Below the pieces are notes generated by a model. The model was not told where the DNA came from. It worked only from the letters and a program-made list of their open reading frames with translations, and did no database searches. Shown piece after piece: positions 36,959 to 52,784 of a stretch of DNA of 64,000 bases. Positions within the stretch are counted from its first letter, which is position 1, and each line of letters opens with the position of its first letter. The stretch is from Octopus vulgaris (taxonomy: Eukaryota), in the NCBI GenBank assembly GCA_951406725.2, contig OX597820.1, positions 62,001 through 126,000 on the forward strand, given 5' to 3'. Position numbers and translations under genes: made by a program.

Positions 36959-38501
36959 TATATATGTGTATATATATGTATACAAACACGCACAAACACA
37001 TATACATATGTAATTTATATATGTAGCGGAATAGCTGCATAGAAAGGGCCACATAAGTTAGGGACGGGCTTGGAAAGATTGGCAAAAGGGAACCACAAAA
37101 AGCAACACCAAGTTGCAAGAAAATAAACAACGCAAAATTTATATCAAAGAAAGGAAGATGAGCAGAGTAAGAAGTTTATCATTGTTTTAAGACATCAAAA
37201 GTGTTGCATATTCTGGAAGGGCAAGATTGTTTGGGAGAGAAATGAAAGACATTATTGATGAAGATTCTGTACGGAATAATAATCATACTCTTGTTAATCA
37301 TGAAATGTAAAGAAAGAAAAGCAGACGTGTTATAATGAGAATTTGTTGGATGTAATGAATAGAAGGGGGATAAAGAGTGAATCGGAAGTAAACCCAGTTG
37401 AGGGGGCCATCCATCCAAATTTACAGCCGTACAGTGGAGAATGCGATTAAAGATATGAAGGTAGGGAAGGTATCTGATACGAAATACTCATGAGAGTGGG
37501 ATGCGGGTTAGTCAGCCCCTAAGTAATTCAACTTGAATAGGAGATTCTTATACCCAGTGACTGATGTGGTAATACCATTTTCAACTGCTATAAAAGGCAA
37601 AGGTAATGTATTAAAGGAAGAATGCTTGAGGTGTTAAACTGTTGGGGCAAGTTATGAAGGTTACAAAAAGAATTACATCTCATTTGCTTAGAAAAAGAAA
37701 ATTAATGTAGACGTGATTTTTGTTTTTATGGTGAGAATAAATACAACTGATGCTGTCTTCTCAGTGAGACAAGAGCAGAAATATTCTGCCCAATTCCTTG
37801 TTTATTTAGAGAAGATACATGTTGTTTCTCAGCTCTGTGATCCGTCTGGTTCAAGAATAAGTGTCACAAAACTAGAGAGTGACAGGAATACTAGCCTCAC
37901 TCGAAACCGTACATACATTACATCACAGCTAGAATGCTATGTATTTGAAATCCTACAAAAAGAGATACATCATTCCTCCTTTTCTCCCCAATATGCTAAG
38001 TCTCTGTCATAACACTACGCTCTAGGTCACACTCACCCAGGAGACATGTGTATGTGTGCCTGAGGGTACATATGTATATCTTTGTGTGATCTACTGAATT
38101 CAAAGTTTCTAACACAATAGCCAGTTTCAATAATTGGATGGGTGTGGGACATATTTGTAAGTATTGAAATTAGCCTTTCAAATTTCAGATGCACTTGACT
38201 TAACACGGTTATATGAAAAGACTTTTTAAGAGAGGAACGTTTCTTGGAAATTTAAATAAAAGAAAACTGGTTGTATACATACATACATACACATAGTCAT
38301 ATATGTATACATATATACGTGTGTATATATGTATATGTGTGTGTGTGTTTGTGTATGTGTGTGTGTGTGTTCGTGTATGTGTGTGTGTTTGTGTATGTGC
38401 GTGTGTATTGTATGTATGCACATACAAATATGCATTGAATACGTATATATTTATTTATATATTTATATATATATGCATACATACATATATAATACACACA
38501 A

Positions 38502-38588
<87 letters not shown>

Positions 38589-39460
38589 TGTATGTATGTA
38601 TGATGTAAGTTTACGTATAATATAGCAAATAGCAAAACAGTAAAAAAAAAAGGGTATCGGGTCATATTATTACATGAGAGGCCAACATGGGGTGGGTTTA
38701 AGTGCCTTCGAAACAAAACTGGATATCTTCCTGTCAAAATACCAGGTCCTTGCCACTGAAGTACAGACGCTTGTTAGAGGGCAGATATAGATAGGTAGCT
38801 CGACCCCAGTACGCAACTGGTGCTTAATTTATCGACCCTGAAAGGATGAAAGGCAAAGTCAACCTCGGCGAAATTTGAACTCAGAACGCAAAGACAGAAG
38901 AAATACCTATTTCTTTACTACCCACACGGGGCTAAACACAGTGGAGACAAACATGGACAGAGAGAAGGATCAAATCGATTACATCGACCCCAGTGCGCAA
39001 CTTGTACTTATATAAACTACCCCGAAAGTGTTAAAGCAAAGTCGTCCTCGGCGAAATTTGAACTCAGAACGCAAAGACAGACGAAATAACGCTAAGCATT
39101 TAGCCCGGCGTGTTAACGTTTCTGCCAGCTCACAGCCTTTGGAGCTTCAATAAATTAAATGACAAATGTGTTCATCTTAATGAGATATCTGTGCGTCATT
39201 GGAATGTATTGATAGACAGTTGTACAACACGAGTACTACTCTGAGTCTCTGTGACTAGAACCTAGTGGCAGACCGAATCTAGATGAACAATGATTATGTG
39301 AAATAGCAGGTTTTACATCAGAACGCACTTCTCCTAAAAAGTACTGTGACAACAGCGAGCGTTGCGTCCTTGAGCAAGACACTTTATTTCACGTTGCTTC
39401 AGTCCACTGAAATGGCAAACATACATACATACATACATACACACATACATACATGTATAC

Positions 39461-39603
<143 letters not shown>

Positions 39604-39635
39604 AATGCATATATGTATATATATATAAATATATA

Positions 39636-39665
<30 letters not shown>

Positions 39666-39666
<1 letters not shown>

Positions 39667-39780
39667 CACGTGATCACGTGACCGACAAGGCTACGAGATG
39701 TTGCTACACGTCGTGGTCACAATTCACTTCGCTTTGTTTTAGCCTCCAAATGACGCCACCCCGCTGGCTAAGCAAGCAGG

Positions 39781-39781
<1 letters not shown>
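39666..39781 (-). mobile_element. Short retroposon 3' end with (TCACGTGA)2 tail in (TA)n (copy 58225-58343; absent in unit 1)
   Basis: Minus strand ends GTCGGTCACGTGATCACGTGA, resembling GTCGGTCAAGTGATCAACTGA of the RTE end at 20506-20720. Confidence 0.6.
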
Positions 39782-39830
<49 letters not shown>

Positions 39831-40626
39831 AAGACATACATATATGTATCTGAATATAATACATGCATACATACTAAGAGCCAACGTTACGACAGAAAAC
39901 GTCGCCACTGATAAGAGGAAGAATTAGTTGTGGAATGTCCCAGTGATTTAGTTGTGGTAATCAGATGACCATCGGGTGTTAACATAAACCTTAAGATCAG
40001 CGAAAAACAAAATACCTACACTATACATTTAAGAAACCTAGTCATGCATGCGTATATAATACATACATATATAATACACACACGTACATACATATATATG
40101 ATCTAAGTTTACGTACAATATATCAAAGAACGAGACAGACATAGAACAGGTATCGGCTCAAATTACTACAAAGGACTACAAAGTACCACAAAGGACTGAA
40201 AGACCAATTTGGGTGGCGTTTAGGTGGATTTGAAGCAAAACTAGATCTCTTATCCATGTACAAGGATGTAGCGATTGTTACAGAGGTTAGCGAAAGGACA
40301 GGGATAAACAGATAGTTAGTTAGTTAGTTAAGTTAGTTAGTTAGTTTAGCTAGTCAGTTAGATAGATAGATAGACATATACACACACACACACATACAAA
40401 AAGACGCGAGCCTGCGCGCAAGCATAAGTATATATTGACGAATACAACAGCCTTCTTGTGATATTGCCAGGGTAACATAAATATACGTATCTATCTATCT
40501 CTCCCTCTCTCTCTCAAATTATATATGTATATATATATAATGTATGTATATATGTATGACTCTATGTATGTATGTATACATATATGTATATATATATATA
40601 TATATATATAATGTATGTATATAATG

Positions 40627-40682
<56 letters not shown>

Positions 40683-40918
40683 TTACGTTTAAATATTTGT
40701 TGTGCAAGAATTTTTATATTAAGTCGTGTGTTGAAACAGATATTGTTATATTTCGGAATGGTCATATTGCCAGTTTAGCCAATAAAAACACACGCACTAT
40801 ATATTTGCAGTTATTCTGTTCATGAGTTTACATCCACATATTATTATCATTACGTTTGCTTGTATGTATGTATGTATAACAACAATACTAGTAATAATAA
40901 TTATAAATCGAATCAAAA

Positions 40919-41161
40919 TGCGGGGTCATTCCGAAAAGCTCTACCTGCGACGATTTCATCTCAATCGAAGGAGAGGAGCTTTCTCCGTCCGGGTTGCGGA
41001 TCCGTGGAACAAGCTGCCAGACGAGATGGTGAAGATGCCGACGACCGCTTTGTTCAAAGCCTCCCTGGACCTCAAGTGGCCTGAACTCTTTACATGAACA
41101 CCACCCTGTACTTAACTCCATGTCCCCCTACATGGCCTTGCTATTTGCTTTTGAGCCAAAT

Positions 41162-41197
<36 letters not shown>
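40919..41197 (+). mobile_element. 5'-truncated copy of the second CR1 family with (TAAC)n tail, nested in PLE A3
   Basis: Reverse complement of 20984-21269, apparently identical apart from tail length. Confidence 0.93.
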
Positions 41198-41249
<52 letters not shown>

Positions 41250-43567
41250 GTGTGTGTGTGTGTGTGTGTATGTATAGTTATTTATTTCTATTTGTCTTTT
41301 TATCTGTATTTATTATGTTTTCGGAATCCTTTATCGTGGTATTTTGGGGTGTGTGTTAGTGCTCCATTTTAGTTTTCTATTCAGGCTAGGTTTATTTTCT
41401 ATTATGTGTGTAGCTTCTGTAATTTGTTTAATTGTTGCATCTGTTCTATGTGTGGACAATATTTTAATTTCTATGTTATTGATTGATCCCCCGTGTTCCT
41501 GTTCGGCGTGTTGGTACAGAATCGATGAGCTTTTACCTTCCTTGAGTTGTCTCCAATGGCCATTTATCCGCTCTCCTATGCTTCTTGCCGTTTCCCCTAC
41601 GTATATCGTTGTCTTGTTACTGCATCGTCCCTCTATACATCTTATACTATAGACTACATTTCTGGCTTTACAGTTTGTTTTCGAACTAAATCTACATACA
41701 GTACACTACTTATCCGTACATGGGGTTCTACTAGAAGGATAGGTTCTACCAATTATAGATTTGATAGGGTAGCCTGGCTTTTCAACAACTTAATTCTTAG
41801 CTTAAGTTTGTCTAGGGTCCTTCTAAAGCGGTACGCCAGTTCACCTCCAGGGGTGGTGTCAACGAACATGACACTCTGGTATTTATGGCTATCATACCAA
41901 GAGTTGGCCTTCTCTATTTTCTTTTTTGTCCTTTCTATAGTGTTCCATGGCTTGTTTCTATAGAGTGGGCAAGTCCCATTCCTATCATTACATAATATAT
42001 TATCAAATTTCTTCATGGCTCCTTTGTATACTCTGATACTTTCTTTATGGCTGTAACCTGAGAACTGCATGCGGTGAATGAAATATTGTATGTGTCTCTT
42101 TAACTCTGTGGTCTCGCACATGCGTGACACATTTCTCATTATTCTGACGAGGTCTGCCATCAAAATATTGAATTTGGCATTGTCCGCAATGGCTGAGTTC
42201 CGGTGGATCAAGTATGTTGAGCCTATAGGTTTGGCATAGTATGAATGAAGGATTTGGGTTTTATTAGTCACATTTTCTAGCCAGAGTTCAGTGTCTATTA
42301 CTGGTAGTCTATGGTTGGGGTGTTTAGTGGGGTAGTCTATTGTGACCTTAATACTCTGGTGAATGGAGTTAGCTATTTGCTGGATGCTCTCCATAGTATT
42401 AGTTTCTAATACTATATCAACATTGCTCTCTTGTGGGGGTGCCTTTGCCACTATGTTGATATCATCAACATAGCGAGAGTACATGTTTACGAGTATGGAG
42501 TTCTGTGTTGGGCGTTCTTTAAGCCTTCTGTCTCACCATACCATGAAAAGGTTAGCCCCATCACCAGCGATACTAACGCCGATGGCTGCCCCCTCGTTCT
42601 GGGCATATATTTTATTATTAAACTGAAACGTGTGGCCTTTTAGGGTAACTCTTATACTAGCTCCTAGTGCATGTGCGATCATTTTCTTTACCTGATGGAC
42701 ATTTGCGGGGCTCCGTATGGCTCTGGTCCATCCGCGCCATCTTTCTATATGTGTCTTCCTAGCCATAGAAGTAATTGTGGGCGGTCTACCTCTTAAACAT
42801 CTACTGGGGCAGAAACTACTAAGATTATGTATATCTAAGTATTCATTATTACATGTCAGTCTAAGTAGGAGGCCCAGTTCTTCTGTGTTGACATTACGGA
42901 ACTCCACCTGGCTCTCGCTGATCATCTCCACGCACTTCTCCACCGCAAGATCTACGTCGATCGATGAGTATAGGGATACCACATCCGTGCTACACACCAT
43001 ACATCCTGTCAGGTCACAAGTGTTGTTACAGTCATTGATCCTGCTGAGGAGATCTGCTGTGCTGTCACAAACATCAGGTGACATCCGGATTATAGGGCGT
43101 ATGATCATTGAGAGGAAGTAGGAGATTCTGTAATTGCTAGCGATATTCGCTCCACAGACTGGTCTTGTTGGTGGGCCTGCTATAGGGTCAGTAATTACTT
43201 TATGGTCCTTGCGAAGTCCATACAGTGCCGGGATATCACTGTTCCAGGCTTTGAAATTATTTGCTGTACGTTTCTGGGGTCCCAGAACAATTGTCCACAT
43301 CATCATGTGGGAGTTGAGGAACTTTTCTCTCTCCTCATGCGCCTGTACAGTTGTTATTCTTGTATTGGCGATATGAGGTTGCATATATATACATGAACGT
43401 ATATAAACAGAAGACACAAATATTAAAGGCATCCCCGCACATACACACATTAAATAAACATAGACGCACATAGAGATATAAGCATGCGCAAATGAAAACA
43501 TACAATACAAATACAAAATGGCTGACGGTTAGTAAGGAGAGACACAAATAAGAAAGAAGAAAACAAA

Positions 43568-43612
43568 GGACCACTGATGCGGTCACAGGAATGTAACGAA
43601 AGATCTCTGGCC
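43568..43612 (+). ncRNA. Hammerhead-like motif in the inverted pLTR of A3, palindromic A-GAUC-U loop III
   Basis: GGACCA-CUGAUGCG-GUCACA-GGAA-UGUAAC-GAAA-GAUC-UC-UGGCC. Confidence 0.65.
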
Positions 43613-43752
43613 GAAATAAGATTAAGATTAACGTAAAAAATAAAAAACACTGAAGAAAATAACACCAAATATATAGTGCGTGTGTTTTTATTGGCTAAAC
43701 TGGCAATATGACCATTCCGAAATATAACATATATATATATATATATATATAT

Positions 43753-44873
<1,121 letters not shown>

Positions 44874-44984
44874 TATATGTATTTGTACCGCAAACACTAC
44901 TTTTTCCGTCGAGGGCATATATTTATATGGATTATTTATAATTGACAAAACACGGTGAGCTTTCATAAACTTTAAACTTATGAA

Positions 44985-45053
<69 letters not shown>

Positions 45054-45489
45054 GTATATGCATATACATACACATAAGATGATTGCTCCATCTTAGCAGA
45101 TAGTTGCCGTTTTCTTTTGCTTCCTCTTTGTCAAAGACATTTCTGTGTTTCCATTCATGACCTCTCAGTTGAAATTTAGTCTCTCTGCCGATCTGCCTTC
45201 TTTGAAGCGTAGGTGAGAGACGAAAGTTGTTGTAGCCTACCGTGCGCGTCCATTCTTCCACCACCGTATGAATTTCAGCAGATGAAATGCCGAATGTGGT
45301 CATCTTAAAGACATAACTGTGCATTATTTGATTATAGTGAGAGGCACCTATAGAATACCAGTACCACTCTGAGTTTCTGTGACTAGAACCTAGTGGCAGA
45401 CCGAACAGAGAGGACTTTTAATCAGGTCAAACAGCAGGTTTTCCATCAGTAGGCACCTCTGATGCAACCAAAAGATCTAGATATATGGT

Positions 45490-45520
<31 letters not shown>

Positions 45521-45553
45521 TTATACATGTACATATATATATGTGTGTGTGCG

Positions 45554-45682
<129 letters not shown>

Positions 45683-45900
45683 ATGCATGCATGTCTGTAT
45701 GTATGTATGCATGAAAAGAAGCATATAAGGCGTTGTGTCAAAAGAGATGTGGTGAGACGTGAAATCGATTGAGAAAAGCAAATAAAAATGTATACGACGC
45801 ATAAAAATGATTCATAAGTTGGTTGACAGAAGTTAGATCCTGGCTGACTGCTTTAACTTGAATGCATTACTTTCATTTCTTAATTTTCATTAAAAGTTTA

Positions 45901-45931
45901 ATTATTATTATTATTATTAACATTATTATTA

Positions 45932-46003
<72 letters not shown>

Positions 46004-46140
46004 CATTATTATTATTATTATTATTATCATCATCATTATTATTATTATTATTATTATTATCATCATTATCATTATTATTATCATCATCATTATTATTATT
46101 ATTATCATCATTATTATTATCATTATTATTATTATTATTA
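45901..46140. repeat. (ATT/ATC)n microsatellite at the 3' side of the Dong insertions
   Basis: Direct reading. Confidence 0.92.
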
Positions 46141-46422
46141 TTCTATGTTTACTTTTGCTTTATATTTGTACAAGTTGCCTCCAAGTCTCACCCAGAGACC
46201 TCAAGAGACAACAGGTTGGAAGTTCATGTTGTTGTTATGTCTAGTGTGCCATATATTTGGGGGGAAGTTTTTGGTGTTGTACTAATGAATGTCTAAAAAA
46301 AAAAATTTTTTTTTCTTTTTTTTTTCTTTTTAAAACCGGAAATTATGTTTGTTGTAAACCTTGAGATTACATAGAAAGTATTTTGCGTAGGATATAAGCA
46401 GTTCCCATGAGCACTATCTTTA
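46141..46422 (-). mobile_element. 3' end of a second R4/Dong-like family
   Basis: Minus strand encodes IVLMGTAYILRKILSM*, paralogous to IVLTGTSHVLRRALSM* of the long element, with a different 3' UTR ending in (TAA)n. Confidence 0.75.
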
Positions 46423-46641
46423 GGGTTTTCTGGATTTTATTATTATTATTATTATTACTTTTTTTTTTTCTTCTTTCAAATTTTCTTCCATTTCTTGCCG
46501 AGTGTCTTCCCGACTCCTAGGGCAAAGAAACTCATAGTGTATATTGGTAGGCCATTAAACCAAACTCAGTAGTTGGTTAATTTTTTTTTTTTTTTTTTTT
46601 CAAGTTAAATTAAAATTAAAATACATGAGCAGCAACAGTCC

Positions 46642-49600
46642 TCACATCGACAATGCTCTTCTCAATACGTGTGATGTACCAGTTAAGACAATCTTTTGCA
46701 CTTCTTGCAGGGATGGTAAGCCAGGGATCATTCTCATATAATTTTCGGTTCCCTTCTTGATCATTCCTAGTGCTCCTACGATCACTGGTATTGTAACCGC
46801 CTTGAGATGCCACATTTTCTCAATTTCAATGAGTAGGTCTTTATATTTTCTGAGCTTGTCAAACTCTTTCGCTGAGATATTATGATCACAGGGGATGCTC
46901 ATGTCGATCAATAAGCAAACTTTATTGTTTTGGTCTTTCACAACAATATCTGGTTTATTGGCCTTGATGGTTCGGTCTGTATGTACTGGAAAGTCCCACA
47001 GAATGGTTACATTTTCTCCTTCAGTTACAGCCTCAGGGTGGTGATTATACCACTTGTCGGCAGTTTTGATATTGTAATGCCGACTTATTAGCCAGTGGAG
47101 ATATTGGCCAACTCTGTCATGTCTTAATTTATACTCCACTGGTGCTAAGACTTTACATCCAGAGATTAGGTGGTCCACTGTTTCAATCATGTCGTTGCAG
47201 AATCGGCATTTTGGGTCTGCTCCATTTTTCATCACATTGGCCTGGTAGTTCCGGGTTAATAGGCTTTGGTCTTGAGCAGCCAGGATGAAACCTTCGCTCT
47301 CTGCTTTTAGCCCTGAGCTCCGTAGCCACTGATGGGTTTGCTTCTGGTCAACATCAGCTTGTTTGCTGCGGGTCACATATTTGCCGTGCAGAGGTTTCTC
47401 CTCCCACCTATCAGCCAATTGCTCGTGCGCTCTTTTCATTGCCATCATTTTCACCTTCTTTGCAACAATAGTTGCCGTACTTCCCTCGGGTTGTTCAGTT
47501 TGGGTATCCTGCACGAGATCAATAGCAAATGTTTTGCTTTCCTTGATGATAGAATGAAGCTTCTTTCGTCTCTCGTGATTTTCCACGAGCTTTAGCATCC
47601 AGTCATTCGATATTTCGAGATATTTGGCCAGTCCAATTGTGGTTGTTTTGTAAGCTAGTTCAAATTGGATCAGGCCTCGACCTCCTTGGGCTCTGGGAAG
47701 GTAAAGGCGATCTACGTCTGCCTTTTGGTGGTGCATCCTATTACAACTCAGCAGCTTGCGTATTTTTCTATCTATATTCTTTACTTCACTCATATTCCAG
47801 TTCAACACATTGTAGCTATAAGTAACAACTGGAACTGCTAAGGAATTTATAGCTAACACCTTGTTACGTGCATTTAGTTCAGATTTCAGGACTGCACGAA
47901 CTCTCCTATAACATTCCTTCCTGATTTTCTCTTTCATGCTTGCATGCTGAATACCAGAGCCTTCATTTATCCCTAAATATTTGTATGTCTGTTCTTGCTC
48001 AAGCTCTCTTATGACTGTGTCAACATCTAACACGACTGAATTTGTGGTCTTCACTTTCCCTTTCTGGAAAGTGGCCTTGGCACACTTCTCAAGTCCAAAC
48101 TCCATCCCGATGTCATCGCTGAATGCTTTCACGGTGCGCAATAGGCCTTCAAGTTCATTAATTTCTTTACCATAAAGTTTTAAGTCATCCATATAAAATA
48201 GATGGCTTATTTTTTTATTGGCAATTTTATACCCATACCCTGTTCTGTTTAATTCACTTGTAAGGGGTATTAGGGCTATGCAGAATATTAAAGGTGAAAG
48301 TGAGTCACCTTGAAAAATTCCACAGTTGATGTTTATGTTTTCTGAGGCAAGTACTCCATTAGAGTGCTATAATTGGAGATTCGTATTCCACAACGACATA
48401 TTGTGCTTCAGGAAGTTTGAAATCACAGGGGAAATTTTAAAGATGTCCAGCGATCTCAAGATCCATGGATGCGGTATACTGTCGAAGGCCTTTTTATAGT
48501 CAATCCATGCGGTGCTGAGATTTCTGCGCTTGTTGTGACAGTTCTCAAGGATCATACGATTGATTAGCAGTTGATCTTTGCATCCGTAAGAGCCTCGGCG
48601 GCACCCTTTTTGTTCAATGGGGAAAATATCGTTCTTCTCCATGAATGCATATGTTTTCTCCGCCAGGATAGATGTTAGGATTTTATACGTGGTGGATAGA
48701 CAGGTTATAGGCCGATAGTTTTTTGGAAGGTTGGTTTCGTTATTCTTTAGGAGTAGGTAAGTAATGCCACTTGCTAACCATTCAGGTGTTTTCTTTGGGT
48801 CTCTCAAAATTCCATTGAGCAGCTGAACTAGCTTACCGTGTGCGCATGGGAGCGATGCGAGCCAGAAATTCGGCACCCTATCTTTACCGGGAGATTTCCA
48901 ATTATGGGCCTTCGTGAGTGCCTTTCTTAGGTCTGCTATTGTGATGTCTTCCCATGCTTATTGTTGTAAATTTTGGTAGGATCCTTCAGTTTGTATAATC
49001 CAGTCTGCATTTATGTTGTACGTCTTCTTGTCACTCCAAATCCTTTCCCAAAAGTTTTGAACTTCTTCCATGGGAGGGGTGTCTTTAACGGTTACTTTCT
49101 CCTTCCCTATTTCTCTGTAGAATTTTTGGAATTGGATGTGAACAGCTTATTTTGCTTGTAAAACTTGTTTCTCTTCTCAAATCTTCGTATTCTTTGGGCT
49201 TTTGCTTGGACTTTTTGTTTCAGCGTTTCTTTTATTGATATCAGTTCTTCTCTTGGTGAGGATCCAAATTTTCTCTTCATCTTTCTTCCTGTTCTGGATC
49301 TTACATCATTTCCACATATTAGTTCATTTAATATTGATATTTCCCCTCTCATAAATTCAATCTCTTTTTCAATTTTACTTCTCCAGGTTTGATTTCTTCC
49401 CAGGTTTTGTTTTCTTTGTTTTTTCGGGGGCATACAGCTGGTTTCAATTGCCCTAGCAGAAGCGTAAATAATTTCATTTAACTCAGTAAAATCAGGTTTT
49501 AATTCTCGTATTATTTCATTTGTTACATAGTTGCCAATTTGGATTTGTTTTTTATTTTGGTTTGTATTTGAGAGTTTATGAAGCGGTTCTCTATCATTCA

Positions 49601-50186
49601 TACTTGTATGTCTTACAACTTCAAGCGTATTCAGGATTTTCTGCCTCATTTCTGCCATAGACTCTCTGTGTTCTTCAGCAAATGCGAGATCTTCAGTTAC
49701 TGTTGTTTTTTCGTTTTCCTGGCTATCTTTAACAGGTACAATAGAATTCCTTGTATCTTCAGGCCTTTGCGTACTTTGGTCAGATGGCAGTCTTTCAATT
49801 AAGCCTCGTGGCGGGCTATACTGTTCATCTGATTCTTCATTTCCTTTGTGTCTCATATTTATGTCATTTTCCGTTGCGTGCTTGATCGCACTTATTTCAC
49901 TGTCTGTGAGTCTGTTATTTCTAAGGATATCCCTCCTCACATTTGCTAATTTGTTCTCGTCCAAATAGGGCCTACTGTCTTGATTCCGTGTTCTCCATAT
50001 ACTGTAAGAGTTTGCGGTGTGTCTCTCTTGAGATGGCCTACCTAATGCATAGTAATAAGCGTATATTACTTCTTTATACTCTTCTCGGGTCCATTTGTTC
50101 CGCTTACATTTTTCTTTCTGTGGTGGTTGTGGTGGTGAACTTGGAGGGCTCGAGTTGGGGGATTTCCCGTTCAAGTGACCATCCAT
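46642..50186 (-). pseudogene. R4/Dong ORF: RT + CCHC zinc knuckle + restriction-like endonuclease, with a few stops/frameshifts
   Basis: NYRPITCL, EQKG, WIDYKKAFDS, GIFQGDSLSP, YMDD, CRFC..ETVDHLISGC, RHD, KPDIV..D, KY. Confidence 0.92.
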
Positions 50187-51123
50187 GTCCGTATTCGGAG
50201 AAGAGTTTGTGCCAGTTGATGACTTTTCGATCCCAGGCTGGCTCTTCCCTGGGGACGCGCTTCCAGATTAACCATAGGACAAGCGATTTGGTATACTGAT
50301 TTAGTTTTCCTTTTAGTTTCCAAAAACATTTTGGTGCTACGATAATGTTATCATTTTTTAGCTTTGATTGGCTCGTGGGGAGACGGCCATCATTGCCGTT
50401 ACAATTATAATCGTACCATTATAGCAGCCGTAGTCGGCTTATTATTGTTATTATCATCACCATTACCATCACTATCATTATTATCACCACCATTACCATC
50501 ATCATTATCATCATCACCATCACCATCACCACCATCATCATCAATGATATTGTTTTATGTGTAGTCACAGCAGTATCTTATTATTGTTATTTTTGTTTTT
50601 TTATCATTATCACCATCACAGTAGTGTCTGTCTGTCTCGTTGGCTGGCTTGGTGGTTGGCTGGCTGACTGTCTTCAATGCCAGAGTTCTTGCCTGTCAAA
50701 TAATACTTTCATATTTGGTTAACAATAGAGCCGAGGTGAGGTTTGTGTGTGTGTGTGTGTAGATAGATAGATAGAATATTAGCACTATTACTATCTTTTT
50801 TTTTTTTTGGGTGGGGTCAAAAAAAGTTCAGATGTTTACTACTATTAGCCTTAAGAAAAATTAAGGAAGGGGTGTCCTGTATTGTTTGTGAATAGAGAAG
50901 TTGTGTTCGACCAGAGAGAATCTTAGCATCCTCATTTTTTTTCCATGTGCGTTTGTGTTATTGCAATAAAAAGTGTTGAAGTTGACTTTTCTAGAGATGT
51001 TTGTATGTCCAGTTAGAAGAACAGGTGTGTTTTTGCAATAAAAAGTATATGTTTACATTTATATTTGAATATTCAGGGAGGAAGCAAAGAAAAGTCAGAT
51101 TTTCATAGAAAGTTTTACGGTTT

Positions 51124-51460
51124 TGAAAGTCCACAAAAAGAAAAGCGTGATGTTTTTAGAGAGAAGAAAAAAAAAAAAATTATGTTTACAGAGGCAATTG
51201 TGGGTATCAAAGTTTTTAAAGCTGGTCGAATGTATGATTGAAAACTGTAGATATGTAAATTTGTAAATTTTCTTAACTTATTTTGAAGGGCTGTTCTGTA
51301 AGTTAAGAAAAATTTACAAATTTACATATCTACAGTTTTCAATCATACATTCGACCAGCTTTAAAAAAACTTTGATACCCACAATTGCCTCTGTAAACAT
51401 CCTTTTTTTTTTTTTTTCTTCTCTCTGAAAAAACATCACGCTTTTCTTTTTGTGGACTTT

Positions 51461-51463
<3 letters not shown>
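51124..51463. repeat. Long inverted repeat (about 160-bp arms, 18-nt loop) at the Dong 5' end
   Basis: 51124-51280 is the reverse complement of 51299-51463 with few mismatches. Confidence 0.93.
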
Positions 51464-51523
<60 letters not shown>

Positions 51524-52700
51524 GAGCGGCGAAATCGATTTTATATTTGATCCTTTCGGGGTTGATAAATTACATCGGGGTCGATGTAATCATCTAGTCC
51601 CCACCACCAAAATTAGGAAAAAAACAGTCCATTTGTATTTACAAGTAAGGATTATTATTTCCTCTACGCACAACAGATTAAACTGGAACAAGAAAAGTTC
51701 CTAACATTGGGCTACAGCAAGTAACCTTATATGCGAAAAACCTTCCTAAGTATCCTAGCTGTCCCTAATAACACGGTTTCCTGGAGCTGCACTAAAGTAG
51801 GTTTTACGCCTAGTTTTTCTATTTCTTTGTGAAACCCTTAGGGATAATTCGTAATGCACTTATAGATACAGGGATACATTTTATCCACACATTTCCTAGC
51901 CTCTATAACTGAATGGCTAGACCCTGGTACTTTGCTATTTTCTGTATAGTTTCCATATTGATTTTCTCATCATTTGGGATTTTAAAGTCAATTACCTGAC
52001 ACTTTCCTTTCTCTTAGGCTACTACTTCTAAATGAGGCTTTGTAGCTTCTATTAATCTCTCGGCCTGAATAATAAAATCCCACTATGTCTTATATTTTTT
52101 CTTATTTTCTAGCACTTTACTAGATTCATATTTATAACACTTATCAGTATGGTCAATTTCTAGCTATCTACATAACTTCCTCTGGATTATTCTACACAAC
52201 TTATCATGAGTAGTTCTTTACCCTTTGATTTACTTAACCTGCTTTGTTAATCTGCCTGATTTTCTTCTATCCTGGCTTTTATCCAAATAGTCCTCAATAT
52301 CAAACCTTGTGTTATTACTAGCAACACTTTTGTTTCCCTTTTCAGTCTTGCTTTGTGAATCCACAGCTGTCTCATTATTATTTTCTTCTGAGATTATCTT
52401 TGGAGATCTACCGTGCAAAGCCTTCTCTTGCCAGTCAGATAATCTTACTTCATTTTTTTAAAAAGTCTTTAACCCCTTTGGTCTTTTGGTTTCCCTATCT
52501 CCTACTGTTACACTTGAGGCTCTTTATAAAATTTCATTATTGTAACCTGCATATGAGGCTATATTTACTATAGCTAACTTTTCAGAGTCGTGTTGTTGTT
52601 GTTCTCCTTCTTGTGGCCACCCAAGATTTCTTATGTCCGCCCGATAAATTTTATCTTCCTCCATTACTATTATATATTCGAGGAGCCTTAAATTTTAAAG

Positions 52701-52784
52701 ATTTACCAAATGGGAATCGAAAAGCTGAAGTATTTGAAACATTATCGAAGACAGCAGAAAAATATACTTTACGTAGTTATGATG
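52701..52784 (+). other. Candidate 84-nt exon, duplicate of 18713-18796
   Basis: Splice sites and both frames retained; two substitutions. Confidence 0.3.

Larger units (their letters stand above)
40685..43729 (-). mobile_element. PLE family 1 copy A3 with a nested CR1 3' end
   Basis: Same structure as A1 and A2. Confidence 0.92.
46458..51463 (-). mobile_element. Near full-length R4/Dong-clade RLE non-LTR retrotransposon inserted in (TAA)n
   Basis: Single disrupted ORF; (ATT)n on both flanks; empty site at 17281-17536. Dong elements are established (TAA)n-targeting elements. Confidence 0.9.
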
